From the NCBI RefSeq assembly GCF_018977255.1, contig NW_024704762.1:3596001-3660000 (forward strand): 64,000 nucleotides of DNA. The letters run 5' to 3'. Shown piece after piece: positions 44,463 through 56,476 of this stretch; the first letter of the stretch is position 1; the number at the start of each line of letters is the position of its first letter. Made by a program: the position numbers and the translations under genes. The notes beneath the pieces are model-generated. The model was given only the letters and a program-made list of their open reading frames with translations, did no database searches and was not told where the DNA came from. The DNA comes from Callorhinchus milii. Taxonomy: Eukaryota.

Positions 44463-44862
44463 AGCTGGCTCAGTTGGTAGCATTCTTGCCTCCCGAGTCA
44501 GAAAGTTGTGAGTTGACGCCTCATGTTGGGACTTCGAACTCACATGGTGTAAGATGACACTCTAATCCAATGCGAGGGGTCTGCTGTATTGTTTGGAACT
44601 GACATCCTTTGGATGAGATTTTAAACTGAGGTCCCATCTGCCTGTTCAGGGGGTCATTAAAGACCTCATTGCACTATTTGAAAAGAGGAGGGAGTTTTTC
44701 CTGATATCCTGGCCAACAATTCGCCAGATAAAATTGGTCATTCGTTTCATGGCTATTTGTAAGACATTTGCTGTGTGCAAATTGGCTGCTGCGTTTTGCC
44801 TATAAAGTGCCTGGAAAGTGCTTTGAGATGTTCTCCTAATGTGAAAGTCACTCTATCAAATA
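44463..44862 (+). mobile_element. Older Deu-domain SINE (SacSINE1/AmnSINE1-like), near full length
   Basis: tRNA head TGGCTCAGTTGGTAGC; Deu-like core CCTTTGGATGAGATTTTAAACTGAGGTCCCATCTGCCTGTTCAGG...CCTGGCCAAC; L2-like tail. Further copies at about 2195-2410 (+), 3200-3420 (+), 10365-10715 (-), 32229-32400 (+) and 58298-58640 (-). Confidence 0.75.
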
Positions 44863-44999
44863 TACTGATTTTTATTATTAATATTATTGTAAACAAATTC
44901 CTGCATAAAGTGCCTTTGAATGTTGCATGCGCTGCTGTCTTGCTTTGCTATGTAAAGATTTCTTCTGAAGAGATTTACTCCTTCCTCTGCTAAACGTGA

Positions 45000-45340
45000 A
45001 AGTACTGAGAACCTGGGTTCGATTCCCAGCCAGGGCGAAATCTTAGGCAAGTTTCCTTGTTCCACACACATCTGTTTACCTATCTGTAAGTAGGAACCCA
45101 GTTGTTAGTCGATTAGCGGATCATTTTCCGGGGGTAATAATTCCCCCCACCCCACCCAAAAAAAATGTTGCCCCTTCAATCCATGACTGTTTGAGGGACA
45201 CTGCTCTCCACAATTAGCTGCCGCGTTTCACCCACAAAATATACGGTCAATTCACTTTGCAATATATCCTGTGAATCCCTTTGTGCAGTCTCAACGACAT
45301 GATTAGGCGCTATATCAAATGCAAGGATTATTATTATTAT
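45000..45340 (+). mobile_element. tRNA-derived SINE, 5' slightly truncated
   Basis: B box GGTTCGATTCC, family body, (ATT)n tail. Confidence 0.85.
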
Positions 45341-46258
45341 CATGGACCCTTCTCTTTTGTATGTTCCGCATTTTAGGACGATTTTTACTCTTGCTGACTC
45401 TGCTTTTAGCCACAAGGAAAATTGTAAACAATTGAAACGAAGAAGAAGTAGACACATTCCTCGCTGATATTTGCGGTACAACTGCTTACATTGCGATACT
45501 GCTGCCAACAATCTATGAATTAAAAACACATGGTTACTTAAAGAATATATATTAAACTAAGAGTCAGTCACTGTCTAGAAATGCTACCCCGTTGTTATTT
45601 TCAGTACAGGCAGAACTGAGGAGACTGAATCCACTCATTTTGCCTTACCTTATCTTGATCCCAATTTTGATCCTACACATACATGGGATGACCAGAACTT
45701 GATCCGGATGGTGATCTCATTTCCAAGTTCCATTAAGTCATTTCGCCCACAAAATAAACAAGTCAGTTCACTTTACAGTATATCCTGAGAAGCACTTTGA
45801 GATGCCTCAACGATGTGATGAGGCGGTGTATCAAATGGAAGGATTATTATTATATAGCATGGCAGAAGAAGACTCCCAGCAGATCACTTGAAACAACAGT
45901 GGGTATAAATTTGTCAAATGGATATGAACATGTTTATGCTACCTTAACGCATTTAATAATGTCTATGCTGTGGTACAACTCTGCCTTCTTTATCCACAGC
46001 CGATAAATAAAATAATCACAAAAGGTAAAATAACAGCTGCTGACTGTTAAGCATCACTCTCTAAACCCAAAGTGGAGGCACAAATTCCGTATCATAAAGA
46101 ATCGGTTGTGATGTCAGGCCATGTTTATCCCTCTATTCATGACTACATAATTGCTGTGACCTCTGAACCTCAAAGACCACTTTGAATTTACTTTCTATGT
46201 TCTCATTGAAACGTCCCCTATGGAGTGAGTCACCACTCGCTTGGAGACGGCATCTGCC

Positions 46259-46535
46259 ATGGGAACAGTTTCCATATTTGTTCCAATTCCGAAGGTTACA
46301 AAGTTGGAGCTGGTTTTTAGAGATGAGGTGTATTTGGCAGGTCAGAATATTGATGGGGAGGTCATCTTGGAGCTGAGTGACACTTTGTTCCTTTATTCTT
46401 TGAAGCTGAAGTTCGCTGGCAAAGGGTTTGTGGAGTGGATTGAGGAAACTGATCAGTCGTTGGATTACACCAGGGCAGTCCACTGCAGTAACAAAGAAGA
46501 TTACTTCCATCATATCCTCACACTGTGGGGAGCAG
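46259..46535 (+). CDS. ARRDC5: ARRDC5 coding exon 1 (arrestin-N)
   Basis: GCCATGG Kozak; MGTVSIFVPIPKVTKLELVFRDEVYLAGQ...TLWGA; donor CAG|GTAGGA, phase 1. Confidence 0.88.
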
Positions 46536-49500
46536 GTAGGAACTTGAGGAAAATATGGCAAGTGTACGTTAACAACAGAAGCGGACAAGACATTAATGCC
46601 CATTTTACTTTGCATTTTGTTTGTGTTGATTTATGGTAATTTCCTCCCCCCAGCTCGGCGTCAGGCTCTGAGACGCTGCTCCGTGTGAAGGGAGCAATAT
46701 AAATACAAGTTATTGTTGTTGAAGAAACCAGGGTCAATCCTATTTGAGGCATACAATTTGGGGAGCAAGTCTTGCACCACCCCTCACAAAGTAGTTTTTC
46801 TGGGAAATCAACTGTACTCAAGTACATGTACTGCGGCAGTGAATATATGTGAGTCACACGTGAGGAATCATGTGGGAATGTAGGGTTGATCATTTTCAGG
46901 CTTGGAACCTCGATTCAGCACCACAGGTTATCAGTCCTGTGCAGTTTTGCGCAGGTTTTTGGATCACAAATTCACTTTACAATACGTATTGTCAATAACA
47001 AATTAAAAGTTGAATGTGAAAGATATCTGCGTAGTGAGTTATTCTTCAGTTCTACTCAGGAAATGGTTGTGGACTGGATACTAAAAGTCCTGGTTAAAGA
47101 ATGGAATGGAAAATGATTCCTCTCTGACTCAACCCAATAAAACCATTCACGCACTTTGTCCTGCATAACACGCCACTGCTTTCCGAGGGTAACAAATCAG
47201 TTATGTTGTTAGTGCGACGTGAAAGCCATTTTAAAAGAAAATCCATGACCTTATGTATTTTGTTCACAATGGGTGAAACCTTGCAGTGAATTCAATCTCA
47301 GGGTCTGGAGGAGGAGGGCAAACTGTCCTACTTTTGGTCTTGGGATTAAAGGTCAACCTGTAACCATAAAAAGTCTAAACAGCCTCTACCCCAATACACC
47401 GGACAGCATTTACTTAACCACGTGGCTGTCCGGATTTTAAAAGCTCCTTGTTTAAAAAATTGAATTCCCGCGCCCGGTAAAATCGGAACGAAGCTCGCGA
47501 AAAGGCGAGTTAAAAGGTTAGTTATCTTAGCTTTATAGATGGTCCTTCAGCGTATCGCGCTGTGGTTCCATTCCCACGAGGAAAAGCAGCGAGTGACCTG
47601 ACCGGAGAAAACGACACGATGTTCCTGACATTCCTGCCTCGTGTCTGCCCCCTGGTGGGCTTCTGCTGCATTGTTTTTTTTCCCCCCCCCCCCCCCCTCC
47701 TCCTCAACGAATATGATCCTCATTTTTTTTCTCAACGAATCTTTAAGCCATTCGTCCGCGTTAAGAAGAGTGCATCAAGAGGAAATATTTTGAATACTAA
47801 TAATCCTTGCGTTTCACATAGCGCCTTATCGTGCCATTTAGGCGTCTCTAAGCGCTTCACAGAATATACTGTAAATGATAATAATTCTTGTATTTGATAT
47901 AGCGCTTTGCGCGTCCTCTAGATGTCCCAAAGCGCTTCACAGAATATACTGTAAAGTGAATCAACTGTATATTTTGTGGGCGAAACAGGATAAATAATAA
48001 TAATAATAAAGGGAAAGGATAGACTTAACGGCACAGAGTTTGCCCATTTTGTTGGCTTGAAAGTAGTCCCTTTATTAAGAATCTGTTCAATATTAAGAAG
48101 AATATAACAGGGTCTTTATGGTATTCTGACCTTTTAGAATCTCACACACCTGGCATGTGTCTCCCAAAACCTCCTTCAAGTCCCGCCTCAAAACTCTCCT
48201 CTTCGACCATGCCATCGGTCACGCCCCTTCCCTCCCTTCTTCCCCAACCCCAGGTCGGATCTGAAATGCTGTACACTGTCCAGCGCCTTGGACATCCTCC
48301 CGACGTGAAAGGCGCAAAACAAATGTAATCTTGTTGTTGAATAAATATTTGCAAAGATTTGGGGAAAAACATAAGAGTTGTTACGGTCTGGAACGCACTG
48401 CCTGAAAGGATGGTGGAAGCAGATTCGATACTAGCTTTCAAAAGGGAATTGGATAGGTACTTGATCAGGAAAGATTTCCAAGGCTATGGGGTAAGAGCGG
48501 GGTGAGTGGGGGCTACTTGGTAGCTGTTTCAAAGAGCCAGCACAGGCACCATGGACCGAATGGCCTTCTTCTGTGCTGTAAGATTCTATGATTTGATCTC
48601 ATTAAACACAGCAATGTCTTTTCACACAGATCACGATGCTGAAGGGTTGGAGCAGGTCCTGGTTGCTGGTCCCCACAGTTTCCAATTCAACTACAAGCTG
48701 TCCTCAGACATTCCTTCCTCCTTTACCAGCAAACATGGGAAAATACGGTACTACCTCCGGGCTTTCTGCACAGCAGTCTCGGGGACCTTAGCGCAGGTGG
48801 AAAAGGAACTAAGAGTACAGGAAACATACAACCTTAACCTTGATCCACAAACCAAGGTACTTTAACCGTTTCCTTCACTCTTTGGAGTGAACTGACTCCA
48901 ATTCAAGGCACAGACACACACATACATTTTGAGAATGCTCAGAATGGAGTCCAGTGGTTAGAGCACTCGCCTCGCCAGCGAGAGGCCTGGGTTTGATTCC
49001 CAGCAGTACGAAACCTTGGGCAAGTTTCCTTACAACAACAACTTGCGCTTATATAGTGCCCTCCATGCAGAGTAGCGTCTCAGAGCACTTGACAGTGACG
49101 GAGCCTGACTGAGCCAGGGGAGGGGGAGGTGGCCATAAGCATGGTCGTAGAGGAAAGTTTTCAGGCGGGACTTGAAAAGGGAGCGAGTGGACAAGGCGGA
49201 GGGATTGAGGGAGTGTGTTCCAGAGTTGGAATCCTGTAGCTCAGTGGTTAGAGCACTCAAGGTTTTTCGAAGAGGGATGTGATGACAGCAGTTTTCAGGG
49301 GGAGCGGAACAGAGCCTGAGGAGAGAGTCTGGTTGACCGGGTCGGCCACCAGGGGACAGCAGTTGAGTAGGGAAGAGGTCAAGGCAGCAGGTGGTGAATT
49401 TCATCCGGGTGATTATGGTTGAGGAGGAGGAGGGAGAAGTGGGGGCAAAGGAATGTTAGCAGTGGGGAGTGGTGGGAGCTGTGGCGGAGGGAGAAGAGGG

Positions 49501-52500
49501 TGTGGATGGTATGGGTGCGGTGGAAGGGGACATGGTGGACATGATGCAGCCAAGCGAATGTTTTCAATTTTTGAGGCGAAGAAGTCTAGGACCACTTTGC
49601 ACTTGCCATTAGATGCAAGGATAGAGGGTTCTTGAGGGGGTGCACCAAGGAGGTGATGGACGGTGGGAAACAGCGTCTTTGGATTGTTGTTTGCCTCCAG
49701 AATGACTTTGGAGTAAAAGTCAGTTTTGGTCTGTGAAAGGGAGAGGCGGTGGGAGTGGAGATGCTTAAGGCACATTTGGTGGTGAATCGTGAGGCCGGAT
49801 TTCTACCATCTGCGCTCGAGCTTGCGGGTTTGTGTTTTGAGTGAGTGGAGATGGCTGTTGTACCGGGGGGAGCGGGTGGGTTTGGAAACAACCCTGGATT
49901 TCAGGTGAACCAAGGAATTGAAGGTTGTGCAGAGACAGTTATTCAGCAGCTTGACAGCTGCATCAGGATCTCTGCTGGTGGAGGGCCAGAGGGAGAGGAG
50001 GTCAGAGGAAGAGACGGCATTCGAGGAGGAAGATTGGAAGGGCTGGGGGAGGGGTTGCGGGAGGAGAGGGAGATGAGGAAGTGGTTCGAGGTGGCCTTGT
50101 CTGTGATGGGCAGGTCAGAAATGTCAAGGCCATGTGTGATGATGAGGTCGAGGGTATGGCCACGGTTGTAGGTCGGCGAGTTGATGTGGAGCTTGAAGTT
50201 TAGGGAGGAGAGGAGGCCAGTGAAATTCGAGGAGGTGGTGCAAGGGGAGTTTGGGTGGAGGTTGAAATCACCCATTATGAGCAGTGCAGAGGGACAGGGA
50301 TGAGAGGAGAGAGGAGCTATCAGTCAGGAAGGAACCAGGAGGTTTGGGGGGAGGGGGAGAAACTAGGAGGATTTGAGGGAGAAAGAGGAGGGATGATAGA
50401 GGTGAGGTGCTCAAAGGAGGAGAAACAGCCAGAGGAATAGCGGGATAGACCAAGGGAAGCTTGAGAGATGAGGGCCACCCCGCCATCATGTTGGTTGGGG
50501 CGGGGGGTGCGGTGAAAAGTGTTGCTAGGAAGGGAGGCTTCAACGAGGAGAAACGGGGTCACCGGGGGAAAGCCAGGTTTCTGTAAGCCCAAGAATATCA
50601 ATGTGCTCATCCAGGATGAGGTTGTAGATAGTAAGGACCTTTACTCCAGACACCTGATAATAATCCCTCAATTAAAAAATAATAATTTGGTCACTCAATC
50701 CACGACTGTTTGTGGGACACTGCTGTGCGCAATAGGCTGCCGCGTTTCGCCCACAAATATACAGTCAATTTACTTTACAGTATATTCTGGGAAGTGCGTT
50801 GAGACGTCTCTAAGACGTGAAAAGCGCTATATCAAATGCAAAGATTATTATTATACACACTGACGTTCTACCTTCCTCTCTCTGGAAGGTGCTGAGGCCA
50901 ATTGCAGATCACCAACTATTATTATTATTACTATTATTATTATTGCCTCAAATGAGATCCGCTTTTTCTTTGGGTCAGCCGGGTGACTGACACACGCGGA
51001 AACCCTTCACCGTGCTTGAGAGTATCCAAACCAAACTGAGAATTCCACGCGTCCCACCTACACATGAAAATCCCAGAGACAGATTGTTGGAATGGAATGC
51101 GCCCTCTCTCCCCTCTCCCGCTGACCTAGTTCCGGAAAGTGAGATCCGCTAACGTAGCACAGATCGATCTTGGGACCCTAATGTACAGCAGCACAATTTC
51201 CGCATCTCACTAAGGGAGACAGAATCCGAGTACAGTAGAAACAGTCTGGTTACCAAGGCAATACCCTTTTGTAGCTGTGCGCAGATTTCAGGAATGTGTG
51301 GCATTTCCATTACTCTTTTGAAGTGGATTTCGCTATTGATAAATAATTTTTTTCCTCCCTCTCTTCTGAAGGTGTTGACTCAAGCTGGACCACCGTTGCA
51401 AGAACACCTCCTATTCTTCATGTGTTGTCATAGTGGTGGTGGTGTGTGTGTGTGTGTGTGTGTGGAGTGGGTGGGGTGGTTTGTTTGACCCCTACTGTTC
51501 TGACCCAACATCCACACACAGACACCTTACAGCAAGAATCTCTGAAAAGTCAGGTAATCAGATGCAGAAAACCTGTCTGAAGTTGCCCCGTAGTTAACCC
51601 AAGAACACTGAGGTCAAATGCTGCTCCACCTTGAGATCACAAAATTTAGCACAGATCTGAACTTGCAGTTGTGTAGCGTCCTGTAGTGTATTGGTTAGAC
51701 TTTAGAGCACTTGCCTTGCAACCTGGGTTCAATTCCCAGGGTTGGGCGAAACCTTAGACAAGTTTTCCTACTCCACACGTCTCTGTTTACCTAACATTAA
51801 GTAGGATCCCGGTTGTTAGTCAATTGGTGGATCACTTTTCCGGAGGAATAATCCATTCAAAAAAAAATTGGTCACTCTATCCATCAGTTGTTGCACTGAC
51901 CGACAGTGCCGTTGTCTTGTGACTACGCCAAAATTACAAAAAAAAAATCAGGGCAGCTCTTCCAGTGATCTAAGCAGCTTCGCTGAGGGAGAAAAAAAAC
52001 AGCTATAATGATCGCACTGATCTTGGGCTCGGGAAGAGAAAAAGGTGAGTCTTTTCTGCCCCTTATCGCTCGATATCTACCGATCTACTATCGCTATCTA
52101 TTGATCCTTAGTGTAAAGCATATGTGTCCGATAAAATAATCCACATATCTGATGTAGCACCTTTCATATTGGGAGGACATCTCAAAGTGTTTCACAGGAT
52201 TTACTGTGAAGTGTAGCAACTAACTGCACTTAGTAGGGAATCAATGGGTGAAAGCAGAATCAGTCTCCTCTTCGACTGTGCCTTCGGTCACCCTCCTACC
52301 CCTACCAACCCTGCCCTTCACCCCTCTTGATCCCAATCACCAGCTTGGGTGCAGATCCCTGACTGTTCCAGCTTTTTGGGACATCCTCTCGATGTGAAAG
52401 GCGCTATACAAATGTAATTTGTTGTTGCTGCTGTTGTCTCGATATCTGCCAACACTCTCTATCTAGGCTCAGAATTGAAGCAAGGCCTCTCGAGTCAGGT

Positions 52501-53595
52501 ACCGGAGGACACCAGTGGAACTTTCCCCCAATCAACGCAAGGCAGCACTTTCAGAAGAGGAGAAAATTGGGAGAGAGAAAAAAAAACTGATCCAAAAATA
52601 ATCCTGGTTCAGTCCTGATTTTGCACTGAAGCATCACTATGCAATAAGGAATTCAGTATAACAGAAGTGTGAAAGAAGTTGCTTTAGAAGTTTGTAATGA
52701 CAATAATATAATAATCTTTTAATATAGTGCCTTATCACATCGTTGAGCCGTCTCAAAGTGTTTCACAAAAATACTGTAAAGTGAATTGACTGTATATTTT
52801 TTGTGGGTGAAACACGGCAGCCAATTGTGCACAGTAATGAACAGTCATGGATTGAGTGACCAAATTATTATTAATAGTCTTTTGAAGGATTATTACCCCT
52901 GGAAAAGCGATCCGCCAATCGACTAACAATCAAGTTCCTACTTACTGCTAGATAAACAGGCGTGTGGAGAAAGGAAACTTGCCTAATGGTTTGTCCTGCC
53001 TGGGAATCGTGGCAATGCTCAAACTAATACACTGCAGGACAAGTTTGGACCAGGCATGTTTATCTGAACTCGTGTCATTTCTGTAACGTTGTGCATGCCT
53101 TTCTCTCTCCAGCTCCCTGTGATGGTTGAAGCTGAAAAAGGGGTCTCGTACCTATGCTGGACATTCCCAGGGATTTCTTTAAGAGTCTCGATCGATAAAG
53201 GCGGATTCGTCCCTGGCGAAGAAGTCATCATTACATCCCACATCAACAACCGGACACCAAAGAACGTCAAGTCAATATCTTACTCTCTTTACTCCGAGAT
53301 CAAATACAAAGCCTTCATCCAAGAGGCCTTTTGCGACCACTTCCGGGAATTTGTGGAGAAGATGACAATGATCAAGACAAACCCTACCGTCGACATTCCG
53401 CCCAGGAACGACACAAAAATAGTCGGATTGTTGCAGCTGCCCAGCCCCCTGATTGTGAGTGACATGTCCAGGTGTAGGATTATATCTGTACAGTACTGGC
53501 TAGTGGTGGCGATTTCCATCCCAGGCACTCGTACATCTGTGTCAGTCTCAGCCCCCATTAAAATTGGAACCACTCCAGTACAATTGTACAAGTAG
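46259..53595 (+). CDS. ARRDC5: Arrestin domain-containing protein 5 (alpha-arrestin), 3 coding exons, 328 aa
   Basis: Exons 46259-46535, 48630-48856 and 53113-53595 join in frame (277+227+483=987 nt). Motifs YLAG..I.G.VIL.L, G.G.VEW.EE, DY.R.V.C.NK.DY, AG.H.F.F...L...PS.FTSK.G and VEAE..VSY are diagnostic of ARRDC5. Head-to-head with UHRF1, as in human. Confidence 0.9.
47646..47658 (-). promoter_or_regulatory. CTCF motif in ARRDC5 intron 1
   Basis: Minus strand CCACCAGGGGGCA matches the CTCF core; lies in a locally CpG-rich non-repeat patch (47400-47760). Confidence 0.6.
48370..48592 (+). mobile_element. CR1 LINE 3' end, directly upstream of the ARRDC5 exon 2 acceptor
   Basis: RVVTVWNALPERMVEADSILAFKRELDRYL plus ATGGACCGAATGGCCT...TTCTATG. 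Similar CR1 ends at about 18690-18905, 24870-25240, 38400-38850 (+) and 61735-62085 (-). Confidence 0.8.
48630..48856 (+). CDS. ARRDC5: ARRDC5 coding exon 2
   Basis: TTTTCACACAG acceptor; ...LVAGPHSFQFNYKLSSDIPSSFTSKHGKIRYYLRA...PQTK; AAG|GTACTT donor. Confidence 0.9.
49034..50641 (-). mobile_element. L2 LINE with APE endonuclease region and 3' tail but no RT, inserted into a SINE
   Basis: DILGLTETW, GGVAL, MGDFN, GHTLDLIIT and SNHFLI endonuclease motifs; L2 3' tail at 49034-49225; host SINE halves at 48946-49033 and 50642-50855. Confidence 0.85.
52705..53010 (-). mobile_element. tRNA-derived SINE
   Basis: Family tail and body on the minus strand, ending at the B box. Confidence 0.8.
53113..53595 (+). 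CDS. ARRDC5: ARRDC5 coding exon 3 (arrestin-C, stop)
   Basis: TTCTCTCTCCAG acceptor; LPVMVEAEKGVSY...GFVPGE.V.I...INN.T.K...APIKIGTTPVQLYK-TAG. Confidence 0.9.
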   Translation, partial: LPVMVEAEKGVSYLCWTFPGISLRVSIDKGGFVPGEEVIITSHINNRTPKNVKSISYSLYSEIKYKAFIQEAFCDHFREFVEKMTMIKTNPTVDIPPRNDTKIVGLLQLPSPLIVSDMSRCRIISVQYWLVVAISIPGTRTSVSVSAPIKIGTTPVQLYK

Positions 53596-53779
53596 TACAA
53601 GAGAATGGCGGTTGATTGCGATGGATATATATATATTTTATTAAATGTTAATCCAACCTCCCCGAATGATACCATTTGACTGAAATATCATATTAAAACA
53701 ATTATTAGAAGCAGATCTTGTTTGATTAAGTCAGTCCAGTCTTTATTTGTGTGTGTTTTAAATGTGTGTGAAGAGGTAC

Positions 53780-53785
53780 AATAAA
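53780..53785 (+). terminator. Likely ARRDC5 poly(A) signal
   Basis: AATAAA 185 nt after the stop, followed by U/GU-rich sequence; ATTAAA variants at 53640 and 53692. Confidence 0.55.
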
Positions 53786-54538
53786 GTATTTGTTTTCAAC
53801 CGTTCTGTCAGGTACAGCAGACATAGACATCAACCATAGTTGATACAACAACAACAAATTACATTTGTACAGCGCCTTTCACATCAGGAGGACGTCCCAA
53901 GGCGCTGGACAGTCAGGGATTTGGACCCAAGCAGGGGGTTGGGATTGGAAGGGGCGGAGGGTAGGAATATATTTAATAATAATAATACTTGCAATTGATA
54001 TACCACCTTATCACGTCTTCGAAATGTCTCAAAGCCCTTCACAGAATATACCGCAAAGTGAATTGACACGGCAAACGCGGCAGCCGATTGTGCGCAGCAG
54101 TGTCTCACAAACAGGATCGAAGTGACTATATATCATGCACACACACACACACATATATGATACATCAGACGGGCATCAACCATGCTTTAGCAAGGGTACA
54201 ATGTCCTCTTTCTCAACCCACCCCTCCCCAACAGGTCCCCCAACGAGCGACAGAAGAACTCGACAGAACACGAATACCAGATCCCTCCCCACAGTTGGAC
54301 GAGCTGGTGATGAGTTGCTCCATTGCCCACCCCACGGAAATCTGTTCGGCGGACAATTCGGTGAGCCGCAAAGAAATGAAAACAGCAGATCAGAAGAGAA
54401 GGGTTTACAAAAAAAAATGCTCTGATGAGTACAGTCATTGCCCTTTGATACACCACAGGGTTCAAATTCCAATCTGCTGATCCTTTTGTGTGAGTTCGTT
54501 GTTGTTGCAGGAATCTGAATAACCAGGAAGCAGAAGCC

Positions 54539-54539
<1 letters not shown>

Positions 54540-54569
<30 letters not shown>
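54540..54569 (+). repeat. (TG)n microsatellite
   Basis: About 15 TG units. Confidence 0.9.
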
Positions 54570-54570
<1 letters not shown>

Positions 54571-56027
54571 TATGTTTTCCCATGTGTGTATGTGTATATA
54601 CATTGTAGTCCAGTGTCTTAAGACAGATCCCTAAGATGGGTCAAACAGCTCTGTTAAAGGGCAGCACTGGGTACCACATCAATGCCACAGCCCTCTCCCT
54701 CCCAGAAAGATGCTGAATGGATATCGATGGCTAAACACAGTTATAACTTGTCAAGAGACTCTGTGCAATAGAAGGAGGGGGGAGTGGGGGGTGAGGGGGG
54801 TGGGAGTGGGGTGGGGGGGTCTCCCTTTCAGACAGAGCTGCAAACCAGAATGGAGATGGGACTACAGAGCAACGTTTACTTTCGGTTCCTCCTGGGGTTG
54901 GCCTCACTATTGGTCCTCTCTCCCTGTCTCTCTCTCTCTCTCTGCACTGATCATTGATTGGGAGCCCAGTGCAATCCACAGAAGTTCCGGGTTTGCCTTA
55001 ATTCGTATCCGCAGTGACTGACAATACCCATTTAGGGACATCGTCAAGAGGCTGAAGGTTCATCAGAGAAGGTAGGGGTGAATCCAGGGCTGTAACCCTC
55101 TTGGAGATGTTTGATCCCCCCCCCCCCCCCCCTGTTTCTCCCTGATCACTTGCAGGTCCAGATGGATTGCCTTCAGTTTCTCAGCTGCTAACTATGATGC
55201 ATTCAGCTCCCCAGAGGAACTGATACTCTTCCAGGTCAGACACACAGAAATAAGTTTGACAAATCTCCTCCTCTCGCTTCTTTCTCTTTGTTCTGCACTT
55301 TCACGCTACCGAGCTTTCTCTGAGACGCTTTGCTTTTGCGCCAAGAGTCTCTTGCTAGTAAATAACATTAATAATCCTTGCATTTTGATACAGCGCCTTA
55401 TCAAGCCCTTCAGATGTCTCAAAGAGCTTCGCAGGAGCCGGGAATCGAACCCAGGTCCTCTCGCTTGCGAGGCGAGTGCTCGCAATACTGTAAAGTGAAC
55501 TGGCTGTGTATTTTTGGGGGTGAAACGTGAAAGCAGATGTGTTAAATCAAAGGAGTTGAGATGAAAGGGGGAGGAGGAAGCGTGCAGGTCAATGCTTCCA
55601 ATATTTTTCAGAGGGATTAATTTAGTAAATGTTTATTAATAATAAATAATAATAAGCCTAGAATTTGATATAGCTACTTATCATGTCATCGAAATGTCTC
55701 AGAGCGCTTCACAGAATATGCTGTAAAATGAATTGATTGAATATTTTGTGGACGAAATGTAAGTTTGTAAGTAATTCATTTTAAAGGAGGGTGCTAGATA
55801 GAATCAGGGAGCAGAAGAAAATAATTGTAATTGGGTCACCTGTGAAACACTTTGAGATGTCCTCCGGATGTGAGAGGTGCTATTAGTCCTTTGAGTGCTC
55901 TAACCAATACTATAAAGTGAATTGACTGTATATTTTGTGGGTGAAATGCAGCAGCCAATTGTAGAAATGTAAATTAATAGTAAGGCTATTCGTTTATATT
56001 TATATGGTGCTATTCACGTTGTAGAGT

Positions 56028-56476
56028 TGTAATTTTTTTCCCGTTCGTCCCAACCGTCGTCTTACAAACAAGTAAGATTTTATTACAATTGTAAGAGCTG
56101 ATTCAAGAGCAGTCAACAGTCTCCAAGAAGAGCACCTGATAGTCAAAAGAATGAGCTGCCGATGGTCAGTTAAAGCAGCCTTTTTATCCCCAAAACGTGC
56201 TCAAGGTTGAAACATATACAAAGGCAATTAAAAAAGTATTATCAATCATGTGGCTCCAACAACTATTTGAATGGTGATGTCAATCAATCCATATCTCTTA
56301 ACAAGGTTAAATGTCGTCTACTAATTAATCTCTATTCGTGCTGATTATTATTCTTTTAAGAGTCAAGAAAATATAATTGGCATAGAATATGTACCTGATT
56401 AATACCGTTGTCTAAATTACACAAGATATATTCTAAAGCTATCTAACAAGAATGTAACCTTTAAACTTATAACACA
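56028..56476 (-). mobile_element. Candidate solo LTR (449 bp)
   Basis: TG...CA termini flanked by direct repeat GAGT (56024-56027 and 56477-56480); minus-strand TATA-like ATAAAAA at 56181-56187 and AATAAA at 56079-56084, in LTR order. Confidence 0.55.

Noticed and set aside
47520-47580. Possible Pol III ncRNA (B-box-like GGTTCCATTCC)
   Set aside because: Mismatch in the B-box core, no convincing A box or fold, and no resemblance to vault, Y, 7SK or tRNA that I can recognise
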